A stretch of DNA of 64,000 nucleotides from Chrysomallon squamiferum. Lineage: Eukaryota > Animalia > Mollusca. Every line of letters begins with the position of its first letter. Position 1 is the first letter of the stretch. The stretch lies in contig CM022678.1 in NCBI GenBank assembly GCA_012295275.1, positions 3,906,001 to 3,970,000 on the forward strand, in the 5' to 3' direction. Position numbers and translations under genes: made by a program. The notes below the pieces were generated by a model. It saw only the letters and a program-made list of their open reading frames with translations, made no database searches and was not told where the DNA came from. Positions 63,819 to 64,000 of this stretch are shown piece after piece.

Positions 63819-64000
63819 TTATCAAAATGATAATGATAATGATAATGATAACAATAATAGTAATAGTAATAAATAAAAATAATAATGATAATGATAACAA
63901 TAATGGTAATAGTAATAAAGAGTAATGATAATATTAGTAATAATAATAATGATAATAATATTGACATTAATAATAATAATTAATCATAAATAAATAAATA

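Overview
AT-rich, microsatellite-saturated animal (not prokaryotic) genomic DNA with spliceosomal introns. It is most likely from a mollusc, probably a gastropod, judging from a PAN/Cys-rich/fibrinogen-domain gene and a Nin-domain-like SINE remnant; this taxon call is inference. Almost all ORFs in the supplied track are microsatellite artefacts. Four spliced protein-coding genes were rebuilt by hand with phase-consistent splice sites: (1) a secreted fibrinogen-related protein with N-terminal PAN/apple-like and Cys-rich modules (- strand, 6 exons, 356 aa); (2) TTC38, head-to-head with it (+, 14 exons, 465 aa, one GC-AG intron); (3) a divergent FAM167/DUF3259-like coiled-coil protein (+, 3 coding exons, 368 aa, 13.7 kb intron); (4) the 3' half of NDUFV1 (-, 7 exons in the window). 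I found no new multi-gene system. The most unusual signal is repeated tandem duplication of exon-intron boundaries. NDUFV1 carries a 40-bp array of cloned 3' splice sites and a triplicated exon start, one copy of which has gained a GT donor and forms a frame-preserving 21-nt candidate microexon. TTC38 has an older decoy copy with the AG lost. Other observations: CpG-poor versus CpG-rich domains, a TGACGTCA array seeded on a stop codon, an intronic hairpin, and TTTCGT-rich transposon-like remnants.
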